64,000 nt of DNA from Zygnema circumcarinatum SAG 698-1b (Eukaryota > Plantae > Zygnematophyceae). The position numbers were made by a program, and so were the translations under genes. Location of the stretch: positions 434,001 to 498,000 of the forward strand of contig CM074813.1 in assembly GCA_037447605.1 (NCBI GenBank), read 5' to 3'. Under the pieces are notes generated by a model. That model searched no databases. It was not told the DNA's origin and worked only from the letters and a program-made list of their open reading frames with translations. Below, one piece after another: positions 25,944 through 37,908 of the stretch. Position 1 is the stretch's first letter; every line of letters begins with the position of its first letter.

Positions 25944-27477
25944 GAAACTCCATTTTCTTTGTGTAGTAGAGGTGAGAGTGTGGGGTGGTCGCCGTGAGGT
26001 GATATATGTGTTGTTCTATGTTCGCTGTGCAGTTTAACGGTGTATATACTATTAACAGTATTTTTGGTGATCTATACTGCCTAAGTTAGGGTCTCGCAGC
26101 TCGCGAAGAGGATTCACTGTGCCCGTTCTGTTCCATTTTGTTCCGTTATGTACAGTACTCGCAGGGCTCTTTTTGTTTTTTTATTTTGAAACTGTCTCCT
26201 GTTACGAAACACGGAGTGTTTTGGAAGGTTCCTGAACTGTTCACATGCACAGCCGTGCGTGTAATGTTGCATAGGAGCCCACTTTCCGTGGGTGTGAGCC
26301 TATCCAAGTTTGCCCTCGTCCGTACATCACCTGACGTGGAGAGCTCTTCCTTACTGGGTGCTGTCAATGGTATTACGCTTTATTTTGTTCTCCATGTACA
26401 GTTCTTTGCGCTTGACCGTTCCGTTGTCTGTCGTCACCAAGAGTGACTTTGAAAGACATCAGCTATATGGCTTGTTTTTTTTTTTTCTTCAACCTTTTTA
26501 CTGTTGGGGGGATTTTGGGGCAAGTTTACATGAGCCTCTTACGTCGTTGCAGTTTCAGAACATGGAACGGCACAGACTTGTTCTGCTCCTGGGGGATGTG
26601 AAGCAGTGAAGGCAGTTTTCCGGGTGAATGAAATTTTGACATTACATGGAATGTGGACAACACGGAGTAGAACAAGTTGCAATAAGTGATTTAACTTTTG
26701 TATAAAGTAAATTGGTAAAAGTACAGCGCTGCATCAATGCTTAACTATTCGGAGCTCAATTTGGTTCAACGAACAAACTGAAACAGACTCTGTTGACAAG
26801 TCTGACACATATTTTTTGTTTAAAAGTTTCAGTATACATACATTTATTTGATACAGAAGTTGCGTTTAGGAACTGTCCCATATATGCAACCTAGCGACTT
26901 TCTTTTATGAAAAAAAAACTAATTAACACTTTGATTACAACAACTGAAATAAAAAATAATCTGCCACGTCAGCACTTTCAGGAGTCCTAACTTCCAAAAC
27001 CCTAAAATCCTCCGCAGAGGAGGTGAGAGGCTTTCAATGGGAAAGACCTGCTCTACAACTCCAAGTGGCGTTCTCCGTCGCTTCAAAACTGCATTGTACA
27101 ACTGCTAATGCTGTCGCCTCCTATTTGGGCCGCATGGAACCGTGGAGCGACTGCTCCACAAGAACTGCAACAGCGAACAGAACATAGAACACGCGCAGTG
27201 AGCACGAACACATTTCTAACAACGTGAAACCTCACCACATAGAACAGTCACAGCACAGCGCATACACTCAATGCAATCGCATGGAACAGCGTTACAGTCC
27301 CACCGCCCCTTCCCGTTAAAACTGTTCGCATTCCCTACCAAAACAGACCCTTCTTTCCTCCACAAAGAACATGCAAAACCCGTCAAACTGAAACGAAATG
27401 CACATAGAAACGCGGAACAGCGAGGGTCTGCGCGTGCCCTCACCTCCCTCCCCCATCCCTCCCTCCTCTGAGCGCTC

Positions 27478-30400
27478 TCAAAACAAGCGCTTCCGCCACG
27501 CTCGCACGGGCTGCTCCTCGTTCTTCACACGTGCGGCGCCGACCGGCCGTGCGGAGGAGATCTCCGCGCCCTGCGCCGCCTCCTCGTCGCGCCACGTGGC
27601 GCGCGTGAAGCGCGAGAAGCGGCAGTCCGCGCGCAGGAGCGCGGTCGATCGGTACTGCGCAAAAGCGCCGTCGAGAAAGCCCTCCGCGTTCTCGCCGGGG
27701 ACCGCCTCCGCGCCCACGGCCTCGCTGTACTCCAGGTTCTGCGCGGCCCTGCTCGAGATCGAGACGGAGGACGCGAAGATTAGGGTTTCGGGTTTAGGGT
27801 TGAGGCTTTAGGGTTTAGGGTTTAGGGTTGAGGGTTTAGGGTTTAGGATTTAAGGTTTAGGGTTTAGGGTTGAGGGTTTAGGGTTGAGGGTTGAGGCCCT
27901 TAAGGGGTTAGGGTATAGACTTTAGCGGTTGAGGGTGTGGAGTTAAAGCTGGGGACTTAGGTCTTCGAGTTTAGGATTTTAGGGTTTGAGGTTTAGAGTT
28001 AGGGTCCACGGCAGGGTTCAAGATTCAGGGTTGAGGGCTTAGGGTTCAAGGTTTAAGGTTCGAAGTTTAGGCTTTCGGGGTCGAGGTTTAAGGGTTCAAG
28101 GTTTAGCGTTTTTGTTCAGGATTTAGGGGGTCAGAGATTAGCGTTTTAGCTCACAGTTCAGGGCTTAAGGTTTAGAGCTTACGATTTTGGGTTTAGGTCT
28201 TAGAGTCCAGAGTTAGTGCTTAAGGCTTTAGGCTTCAGGGTTCAGGGTTCAGGGTTCAGGGTTCAGGGTCTAGGTCTAGGGTTCAGGGTCCAAAATTCAA
28301 GGTTTAAGGTCTCGGGTCTAGGGTCTAGAGTTTAAGGTTCAGGGTTCAGGGTCTAGGATCTAGGGTTCAGGGTTTGAGGCTTTAGGGTTCACTGTTCAGG
28401 GTTCAGGGTTCAGGGTTCAGGTTTAGGGTTGAGGGTTCAAGGTCTAAGGTCTAGAGTTTAGAGGGTCTAGGGTCCAAGGTTTTTGGGTCCAGGGTCCAGG
28501 GTCTAGGGTCTAGTTCTTAGGGTCCATGGTCTAGGGTCCAAGTTCCAGGATCTAGGATCTAGGGTCTAGGGTCCAGGATCTAGGATCTAGGGTCTAGTGT
28601 CCAGGGTCCAGAGTCTAGTGGTCTAGGGTTCAGGGTCCAGGGTCCAGGGTGTAGGGTTGAGGTTCGGGTTGAGGCCTGGTCCGTACAGTCTGTCCTCGTG
28701 GTCGCTCCTGAAGGTCTGTCCAAGCACGCCGTGCACTCCGTCCGAGACGTCCGCCCTCAGAATCTGGAAGTCGAAGTGCACCGCGCCGTCCGTCGCTGTC
28801 CGCAGGATCGCGATCTCCGGTCGGAGAGTCAGCCTTATTTTGAGGACGCGCCCGACCGTTAGATCATACACGTCAGCCAGATCGACGGCGCCCCGCTGCC
28901 GCGCAGTGACCCAACGCAGTTCTATGTCGCCCCCCGCGCGTTGTATGGAATCGCCCGCCTGCGATAGACGCACCTCCTCGCCGTCGATCTCCATCCGCGC
29001 CATGTAGCCAGTGTCGTACTGCCAAGTGGCGCCCTCGCGTGCCTCCAGCGCGATTGTGTGGTGCCCCCAGAGGACACCCATTTTGCGGATCCATGTGAGC
29101 GCCTTGTGGGGGTTGTCGCCCCACTGCCCGTAACGGCCGCCGTAGAACACGTTCACATGGAGATGCGCGTCGCTCAGCAAACAGAAGGTCGAGTTGGGCT
29201 CGCCTGCGGTCCATGCACGGCCCCATGTCAGTGCGCGCCAAAACCTAAACCCCATCGGCCCTTCCCTCCCTCCCCCCCCCCCCCCCCCCCCCCTTAAACC
29301 CTAAAACCCTAATCCTTAAACCCTACATTCCCCCCTCTTTTCAAATACAAAATCCGCACCTGAGAAGTCGAAGCGGGACCCGTCCGCCCCCGTGTAATGG
29401 GGGTCTCCCTGCCCGCCGGGCGGCGTCGAGCACTTGTTCTCCGGTTGGGAGGGCGCGTAGCAGATGTCGCTCGTGAAGCCGAGGTCCGCCGAAGCGGAGC
29501 TCAGCGGCGTGAGTGTGATGGTGGGCCGCGAGGTAAACCCGTCGGTCTGCAGACACAACGAAACAAATTTCAACACCATTGCACGAAAAATTCGAGGCAG
29601 TTCTTGTAATATCCCACAGAAACGAGTGACATCGTCGCGTAGAGCTACAAATTTTTAGGGTGTATGGGAATCAAAGACCCTGATACCCGAAACCCTAAAC
29701 CCTAAATCCTGATGCCCTAAACCCTTTGGGGCAGAAGGGCTCACCGCTATGCCATCAGTTCGGCACGCTCCGTTGGAAAATGTCCGAACGGGGCATTTGC
29801 TGTCCTCCGCCTCCACCCTGCACCCGGTGACGTACGCGTCCGAGCGCTCCCCCAAGGTGGGGTCGCCATTCAAAAAAAGGGCACTCAAGAAAATTTGGTT
29901 CACATCTCCTTCGACTGTCGAGCCGGCGAGGCCGATCTACAACACGTGACGTGGCATAGGTCACACGACGACAAACGCCCTCCCCTTGAATCTCTGGTGT
30001 TGAAGGGTTATCGAGTTTCATTTCCTTTAAGACTCTTTTTTGAAAATTACTGTGATATTTTGGGAGTTTTGGGACTCTTTATAGAGTTCAGGGTCACATA
30101 CTTAACGATTCGTTCAGTCGTCCGTTTCCAAATTCTTTTATTTGCGGTGCTTGCAAGACTCCCCCTGATTGCAGCGCATTTTAGGATGTTTCAATTGAAA
30201 ATCTAAACCCTGAAACTGGGTAGAATGTGTCCAGAAATAACGCGCATACCCTAAAGTTTCCGTCACTGTCGGTCGTTCCAGAGGCCCACACGTCGAGGTT
30301 GTTCGGTCGCCCCAGTGCTTGAAGGATCGAACAAGTGATGTTCACCTGTAAGCATTACCGTTTCAGTTCCGTTTACAGTTTCAGTTTTCAGTACAGTTAT

Positions 30401-30921
30401 CATATGCTAGGAATTTATAAATATTCACAAGATCCAATTATGTGATCTAATTAGCTTTTTATTTGGGTCTCCTCCGTACCTTGGCGTGTCTTATTGGCTT
30501 GTCTTGTCCACGGTTGTACTCTCCGTCCCAACAGTTGTCGCAGAACACTCTCCCGACCATGGAACTTCCGTTCTGTTGAGCGCAACGGAAAGCAATCGCA
30601 GTCAGAAACGGAGGACCCATGCTGCTCACACTCAACAAAATTGAACAAACTTCTGCCACATGAATTTAAGTGCAAACCTCCTTTTTCATGGCTCGAAACT
30701 GACTGTGTAGGTTAGAACTGTTACTATGTATGGTCCATAGAGGTACAAGTTCTGTTGACCACTGAATCAATGTTACATGCAACTATTTCTAGCTTTGCCG
30801 CACTGCACTGTTCCATGAGATCACATTCAGTTTCAGTTCCACTCACAGCCTCTCGAACCAGCGACAACGATTGCAGAACTGCCGCTAAAAATAGCACAGC
30901 GAAAATTCCATTCACGGCCAT
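27478..30921 (-). CDS. Secreted Pollen-Ole-e-I-like + Root cap/LEA-like domain protein, copy 1 (divergent)
   Basis: Seven exons: 30921-30847 (signal peptide MAVNGIFAVLFLAAVLQSLSLVREA), 30572-30480 (VGRVFCDNCWDG), 30345-30250 (VNITC...GTTDSDGNF), 29936-29745, 29546-29360 (GDPHYTGADGSRFDFSG), 29203-28687, 27748-27478. Same exon phases as copies 2 and 3. Confidence 0.85.
27780..28673 (+). repeat. Interstitial plant-telomere-like heptamer array inside intron 6 of copy 1
   Basis: TTTAGGG/TTGAGGG grading into TTCAGGG then TCTAGGG/TCCAGGG over ~900 bp. Confidence 0.9.
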
Positions 30922-33529
30922 GACTGCGACTCTCTGCCTCTTTCCTTTCCGTCCCCCCTCTCCCCCTCTTCCTCTTCCTCTTCCTCTTCCTCTCCCTCTC
31001 TCACTCCCTCTCCCTCTCCCTCTCCCTCTNNNNNNNNNNTCCCTCTCCCTCTCCCTCTCCCTCTCCCTCTCCCTCTTCCTCTGCCTCTGCCTCTGCCTCT
31101 GCCTATGCCTATGCCTCCCCCTCTCCCTCTCCCTCTCCCTCTCCCTCCTCCCTCCCTCTCTCTCCCTCCCTTTCTCCCTTCGTCCCTGGGGCCCGCCTTG
31201 TCCAGTCGGACACGGCCGTTATTTCCGGCGGGCAACGGTCCGGTTCCCGCCCTGCGGCCCCTCCATTCGTACGGCCTCCCGCCCAGCGCAAACCTCGGAT
31301 GCGCCAAAATTTGTCGAAGCCCTCTGTCAAGCCGTTCGATACGACAAATATTTGTCTTTTCCGTTGGTCAAATACGTCAAATATTTTGTCGTTTCTCATG
31401 GCCGCAAATTTGTCGCGACGTGCGGATCCCGTCAGCGCCAGGCGGGTCCCCCTGGGGACCCTGTAATTGACCACCGTAGGGTTCGTAGGCTGTACGGGCA
31501 CGATTGCAAATTGTAGTCTCAGCGCGAATTAAGGATGGATTTAACGGATTTTCAGACAGCGAAAGGACGCCAAGTGGCAGGGAGGGCAAGGACTTCAACC
31601 GACAGCGAGCTTGAAAGGCGTCGTGCGTTTTGTCGTATGCGCACTCTTTAGATATACAGTACTGTATGTCCGAAAAAAACAAGAAAACTTGGAAAAGCGA
31701 GAAAGTGGATCCATATGATCAGTGGATCCACATGATCAGTGGATCCACATCCGCAAGTACAGTACCGTATCTGAAAGTTGCACCTGGCGTAAAATCTGAT
31801 CCACTGAAAATCTGCGAGCCTTCGGTAAAGCGACCTGGACGGATCTCGTCCGTCGATTCCGCACGAGTCTAAGATCGACTTTTCAAACCTGGCCTTTCAA
31901 GGGCTTGAGGATTTTTTCAAAACGAGTACTCTTTACCTCACTATCACGATTTTATAACACGAGATACAAGTACTACGTTTGAAATAAAAAATGTTTCGAT
32001 TATCCATTTCCCGATTTGCAACCTCATTCTAATCTTCCAGGTGGATCCCAATTCTTGCAATCCGACAGGGCAGGTGATTCCAACGTTAGCCCTGACACGT
32101 CGACCCGTGGATCCGAGACCCTGAGAAATTGATCAACTTGTCAGGAGGTTTTCCGAGCGGGTCATTCGTACGGTAAGGCTGGTCCTTTTTGTACGGTACG
32201 ATGGGCCACCGCCAATCCGAGCTCAGAGGAAAGCGCGGAAGAGACAAAAGTGTTTCGTCGCAAGTGTATGTTTTTGTCGTCTTTCGGGTTCTGAACGGAA
32301 CATGGCTTGTCAATACAGTACTGTACCCTCTTGTACCTTACCAGATTCGATGATCGAACTTGAAACTAGTGCATTTGTTCCAGAACACAAACGGATATAG
32401 TGTACTGTTTCTGAACGCATCCCGAAGCCCCAATACTATACTTTCGATACAGTAAGCCCTAAATGATAAGAACGTACGGACTCCATTTTGTATTGGGTTG
32501 TGATAAATCCACCTCTTTTTTGGATCGACACACCCCTTTTCCGCCGGGCAGATTTTAAAATAGACAAAACAGGTTTGAAAACGGAAAATGCCTTTGTCAC
32601 ACCTTTTTGGAATCGATACACACCTTTTTCCGTCGGGCAGATTTTATTTTACAAAAAAAGGTCGAAACCCTAAAGAGTGCGTCCGCCCCTGTCGGCCAGA
32701 CTGGAAAATTTCATAAAACACGCAACCCACGAGCCAGTTTCGGAACATTTGACTGTTCTTTGTCAGCTTTTGGTCTTATCCCGTAGAGCAGTTAACTTAG
32801 AACGTGGGGCCATAGAACGGCCGTTAAACGGCTGGACACGTGGCGCAAATGGGCAATGCACGGAAGGATTCGCCGTACGAATCTGTTAGTGTATGTAGTT
32901 ACAGTAGTTTAGATAAGCATGTTTGTGTTGGCACTTAGTACATAGGGCTGTGCTTCTAGGCGTGAGATGTATGGGGGCACACTTGATTCATCTTTGACCC
33001 AAAGACCCAAAGGCTTCTAGGGCTGCATTGGTGCACCTAGGCGTATTTTTCCGCTCTTAGCTTCTTTCTATGGTGCTTAGGTCCTTTGCGACCAGTTCCT
33101 CGTGGTTCCCCATGCTACTTTGTCCATGTACATTTGATGGCATCGTCAAATGAGATCGTGAGATCAATGCCATTTTCACTCCCCTCTGGACAAGTTTCTT
33201 CATTCGAATCACTTATTATTCGACTGCTATTCAACACAAAAGGTCCTGCTCCTTACAGAGCAAAACAATTGCCCTTGTAGCTCTCATCGTCTCCTATCTG
33301 CTGCTTGACTTGAAAAAGAAGTAGACTTTCCTCGCTCGCCCTCCTCTCTCCATTATTAAAATAAAAAAATGAATTTTATCCTAAATCGACACTCTGAGCT
33401 GCGAGCCCTCTACAACCCCCTCTATTTATGATTTTAGGGTTTCTAATTCATTTTTCTTAAGTAAAATCTGCTCGGCGGAAAAATGTGTGCATCTAAAAAA
33501 AAAAGGTGTGAAAATAGCAATCCCCTAAA

Positions 33530-36500
33530 TATATCTTTGTCAACTGCTTCAGATTGTCCATCAAATGTACAGTACATGGACAATTATTGGAAGATTGTCG
33601 GTAGATTCCAGGAAAAAGCTCGCGCACGTGTGAGCTGCGCATGCCGCCAGCCTGACTCCTGGCGCATCCGTACCGTGATTTCGACATCCGTACATACTCC
33701 CACGTGGCAATCGGCACGCCTCTAGACGGTCGGCGATTAGTCCATTTGGCTCGTGCGACAAGCTGTACAACGTTAGCAAAACCTGCTTTCGACCGTTCCC
33801 CCACCACGTCCAGGAAACTAACGGCTACTTTTGTCGTTATCGTTGCCGTTACCTTCAGTCCTACAAACTTCTGGATAATTCGAATAGCATACGACAAGAT
33901 GTGAAACATTTCGTACGAGTGGACGAGACTTACGTACAGGCCGATGAGTCAGTTCACGCTTGTCATTGATGCCGTACAGAATCGGGCTTTGCAGAACCCG
34001 ACAACGTACCTCCATTCGTACGCCATCGGGCACGCAAAACAAAAGAACAACGCCCCCGCAACCCGCTGTCCGTACCCCTGACTTCTACACGACAAAACGG
34101 CGGCGGTTAGTAAGTTCCAAAAATGTACCAGTAAGCTTGTACATACCAACTACCATCTGTCGTTTCTGGCAAAAGGCTGAACGTGTCGGCCGGCGGCTGA
34201 AACGAGTGTACCGCCGCGGCCAGCTCGCAGCCTACATATTTGGACGGCGGCGGACTGTGGCAGGCACTGCAGTCGCGAGCGATACACAGAGAGGGGTGAG
34301 TGGGAGAGGGAGAGAGAGAGAGAGAGAGTGAGGGGGTGAGAGAAGGAGAGAGAGAGCGCAAGAGAGCTAGAGAAAGCAGCCATGGCAGGTCAGGGACATT
34401 TCCGCTGGGCCCTCCTCTCCCTCCTCGTGCTCACCTTCGCTTCCATGGCGGTGAGTTCGGCAGCGCGAGATTCATTTTTGCAGAAAATCTGTTCTCGTGT
34501 TTGCCTCGCGTAGCAGCGGAGGGCATCGACCATCACACGTGCGGACGTGTCTGGAGCTGACGGGCTTTTGGGGCGGTTCCATGCAGAGAGCGTGCTACTT
34601 TATGGGCGCGGCCGTCTGCGACACGTGCTGGGACGGGGCCGACTCCAAGGATGAGCCTATCGCCAGCTCCGCGGTACGTACTGCTTCTGAATTGTGGTTA
34701 GGGAGGTGGGCTAGGAGGGGGGTAGGGGGGAGAAGGGAAAAGAGGGGAGGTAGGGAGGAGAGGAGGGAGGAAGGAAGGAGAGGGGGAGGGAGGGAGGAGA
34801 GGGAGAGTTGAGGGAGGGAGGGAGGAGAGGGAGAGTAGGGAGGGGGAGGAAGGAAGGAGAGGGGGAGGAGGGAGGAGAGGGGGAGGGAGGGCAGGACTTG
34901 GAAGTGGAAGCAAGGAGAGGTGCAGGGGGAGGGGGGGGAAAGGCGAAGGAAAAGAGGCAGGAGGCGGGTGGGCCTGCAATTGAATGCCAGACCTTCATTG
35001 GTCGAATGGGACGAGTGCTGACGTTCCATGCCACGTGTGCCAATCAGATCACTGTGAACTGCACCATCGTGTCGACCACAAAGTCGCCGAACCCTCTCTT
35101 TGTGTGGGCCACAGGGAAAACCGCCGCCGACGGAACTTTCCAGGTTAGTCCTCGCCTTGCCCCTCCACCAGTATGCTGTTTGTACCCTAATAAGCCTCCA
35201 CTGAAGGTTCTCTGAAATTGGGTATTTTTTTCATTCTTTGACCCACAAAAGCTGGCTGGCTGCCACGTGTCTGCAGCTCCCGCTGAGCGGTACGTCAACG
35301 TCGGGCAATGTCGATTCGCTCTTCCTTAATTGGCTGTTTGTCAGCGGGAATCCGACAAAAGGCATACTCCCCACTGCGTACGTGGCGGGCTGCTTCGTCC
35401 AGGTCTCGAGTGCCACGTGTCCTATTCGGACAGCTGGCAATACATGCGCCATCGGCGCCTCCCTGGTCGGTCCTTCTTTCCCAAAATTCATTCAAACTCG
35501 AACCACTGTTGCTGGTGTGCTGCTGCGACTGCGCCTCGATGCTGCGAATGACAGAGAGAGCTGACCTCGCCTTCCCTTCCATTGTCGTTGGTCGGTGCTG
35601 TGCAGACGGACGGGTTCATCGGCGGCGGCAACATGGCGCTGACGCAGCTGACGAGCTTTGCGGCGGACCTGAAGATCAACGGCGGCGTGTGCTACGCGCC
35701 GAGCGCGAAGAAGGCCACGTGTCCCACCACGCCGGGCGGCAAGGGGGACCCTCACTTCACAGGGGCGGACGGCTCTCACTTCGACTTCTCCGGTAGGCCA
35801 ACATTATCTGCAATCTCCCACTAAACCTCCTCATAACTTTAAAACATATTGAGATAATTCCATCATTTGACTTTGAAACCACGCATAATACCTCACTAAT
35901 ATGTCACATTCTTCGATTGCACTTCGACAGGTGAACCCAACACGACTTTCAGTCTGATTAGCGACGCGCATCTCCATGTGAACGTGTTCTACGGCGGCCG
36001 TTACGGGCACTGGGGCGACAACCCCCACAAGGCGCTCACATGGATCCGCAAAATGGGCGTCCTCTGGGGGCACCACACAATCGCGCTGGAGGCACGCGAG
36101 GGCGCCAGGTGGCAGTACGACACTGGCTACATGGCGCGCATGGAGATCGACGGCGAGGAGGTGCGCCTAGAGAAGGCGGGAGACTCCGTAAAACTCGCGG
36201 GGGGCGACATAGAACTGCGTTGGGTCGCCGCCAAGCAGCGGAGCGTCGACGATTTCGTCGACGTGTACGATCTGACGGTGGGGAACGTCCTGAAAATGAG
36301 GCTGACCCTTCGACCGGAGATCGCGATGCTGCGCACTGAATCGGACGGCGTGGTGCACTTTGACTTTGAGGTGGTGGCCGTCGATGTGTCGGAGAACGTC
36401 CACGGCATTTTGGGGCAGACCTTCCGAAACGACCACAGGGACCGATTGTGAGTGGCTCTGCCTCGCGAGGTTTAAATGAACTCACTTTCGGTTTCAGGGT

Positions 36501-37537
36501 TTGAGGGTTTGAGGCTAAGAGATGAGGGCTGGGAATGGCGATGCTCTATGCTTGATTTTGCCGCGGCAAAACCTCTAATGTAGGCTGGGCTGCTTGTTAT
36601 GGGTTTTGCAGGAAGGGCCAGCAGTTGACGTACAGTGAGCTCCTCCGCGCGGAGGTTGTGCCGGGAGACAATGCGGAGGGGTTCCTGGACGGCGTCATCA
36701 GCGACTACCGCACTTCGGGACTGCTCCGCGCCGACTGCCAATTCAGTCGCTTCACTCGCGCCGCTGCTCGGGACGCAGAAACGGCGCAGGCCATAGAGCT
36801 GACGTCATCATCTATCGCTGTAGGGAGCGAGGAGGAGACGGCCGCCACTACGCGCGTTTGGAGGAAGCGATTGTTTTAAAACTGTTTTTAGGGTTGGGGG
36901 CGGTCGGGCTATTTATTGCTGCAACAGTGGGCCACTTGCATGGTTCGTCAGAGTCTTGGTGGGCGTATCGGTGAATTCGCGTTAAGGTCGATTAGGGTTG
37001 TGAAGCTCTAATGTGCGGGTGGTGAAGGGGAATTCTACTTTTAATGAAACAGCGGGCACAAGCTTAAGTTAGTACTGCTTTATTTCTTGCTTTTTTTTGC
37101 TTTGCACTCTGCCCCCTTGTGTTGGGGCAGAGAGAGAGAGAGAGAGAGAGAGCTGAGGGAATTTAATCCAGGGTCTAGGAGTGTAGGAGGGGCAGGCAGG
37201 GAGAGCTGTGGGCTCATTTGCCGCGCTGTAATTTCTTGATTGTTTTAATGAATGTTTTTGGCCCCTTGATGGTTTCTTCCATTTCACGTTTCGGTATGTG
37301 TGGCCTTTGCTTTTCGTTTGTGCTTTCTTATTTTGCTTGCAATTAGGGTTGTCTCTGAATCATGTCACAAACAGACGAGAGGGGTCTTACAGCTGCGGCG
37401 GCTGCAGCTGCAAGCAAGGATGATGCAGTGGAAGATGGTCAAAGCGCTCACAGAACTCGAATGGACCAACCTTGTCTTTGGAATTCATGAAAGGAATTGG
37501 AGGTGTTCTGGCATCAGCTGCCTCCCATCGTCTCTCC

Positions 37538-37583
<46 letters not shown>

Positions 37584-37591
37584 CATGTATC
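33530..37591 (+). repeat. Left arm of large inverted duplication (continues at 55118-~55370 beyond the retroelement nest)
   Basis: Reverse complement of ~55690-61845. Identical ORF translations in both arms, and recognisable flank similarity out to TCTTTGTCAACTGCTT (33535 / ~61835). Confidence 0.9.
34382..36879 (+). CDS. Secreted Ole-e-I-like + Root cap domain protein, copy 2
   Basis: Exons 34382-34450 (MAGQGHFRWALLSLLVLTFASMA), 34587-34673 (AVCDTCWDG), 35048-35143, 35277-35465, 35606-35792 (GDPHFTGADGSHFDFSG), 35931-36447, 36612-36879. The exon 2 acceptor is the least certain boundary. Confidence 0.85.
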
Positions 37592-37908
37592 TATTGAAAA
37601 AGACGGAGTGGACATTGTACGATCACAAGTGAGGACAGAGGGAGTTGACACAAAGAAAGATGTGTGATTAACGTGGTGAAGAGTACAACGTCCTAATCCG
37701 TTTTATATACATTGCGGCTAGAGCTACGCGACAAAAAGAGTGTGGAACTAGCCTGAGCAAGGGCAGCGAGGTGTAAAGCACAGAGCCGCAAAAGTACAAC
37801 TAAACTAACAGAGAATGTACAAGCTAAAAGGACAGCCAGGTGTAAGTGCACGTGGCTGGGAAAACGACAAAATAGTACGACAAAACTGAGAATGTCGGAT
37901 TCTCAACA
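37592..37908 (-). repeat. 3' LTR of Copia A (TGTTGAGA...TCAATA)
   Basis: Direct repeat of 54801-55117; preceded on the minus strand by the PPT. Confidence 0.93.

Noticed and set aside
27780-28673. True chromosome end or CRISPR-like array
   Set aside because: Internal to an intron with genes on both sides; heptamer variants without unique spacers; eukaryotic context.
31705-31810. Short tandem GATCAGTGGATCCACAT repeats (about 3 copies)
   Set aside because: Too few copies, no spacers and no boundaries; treated as an ordinary minisatellite.
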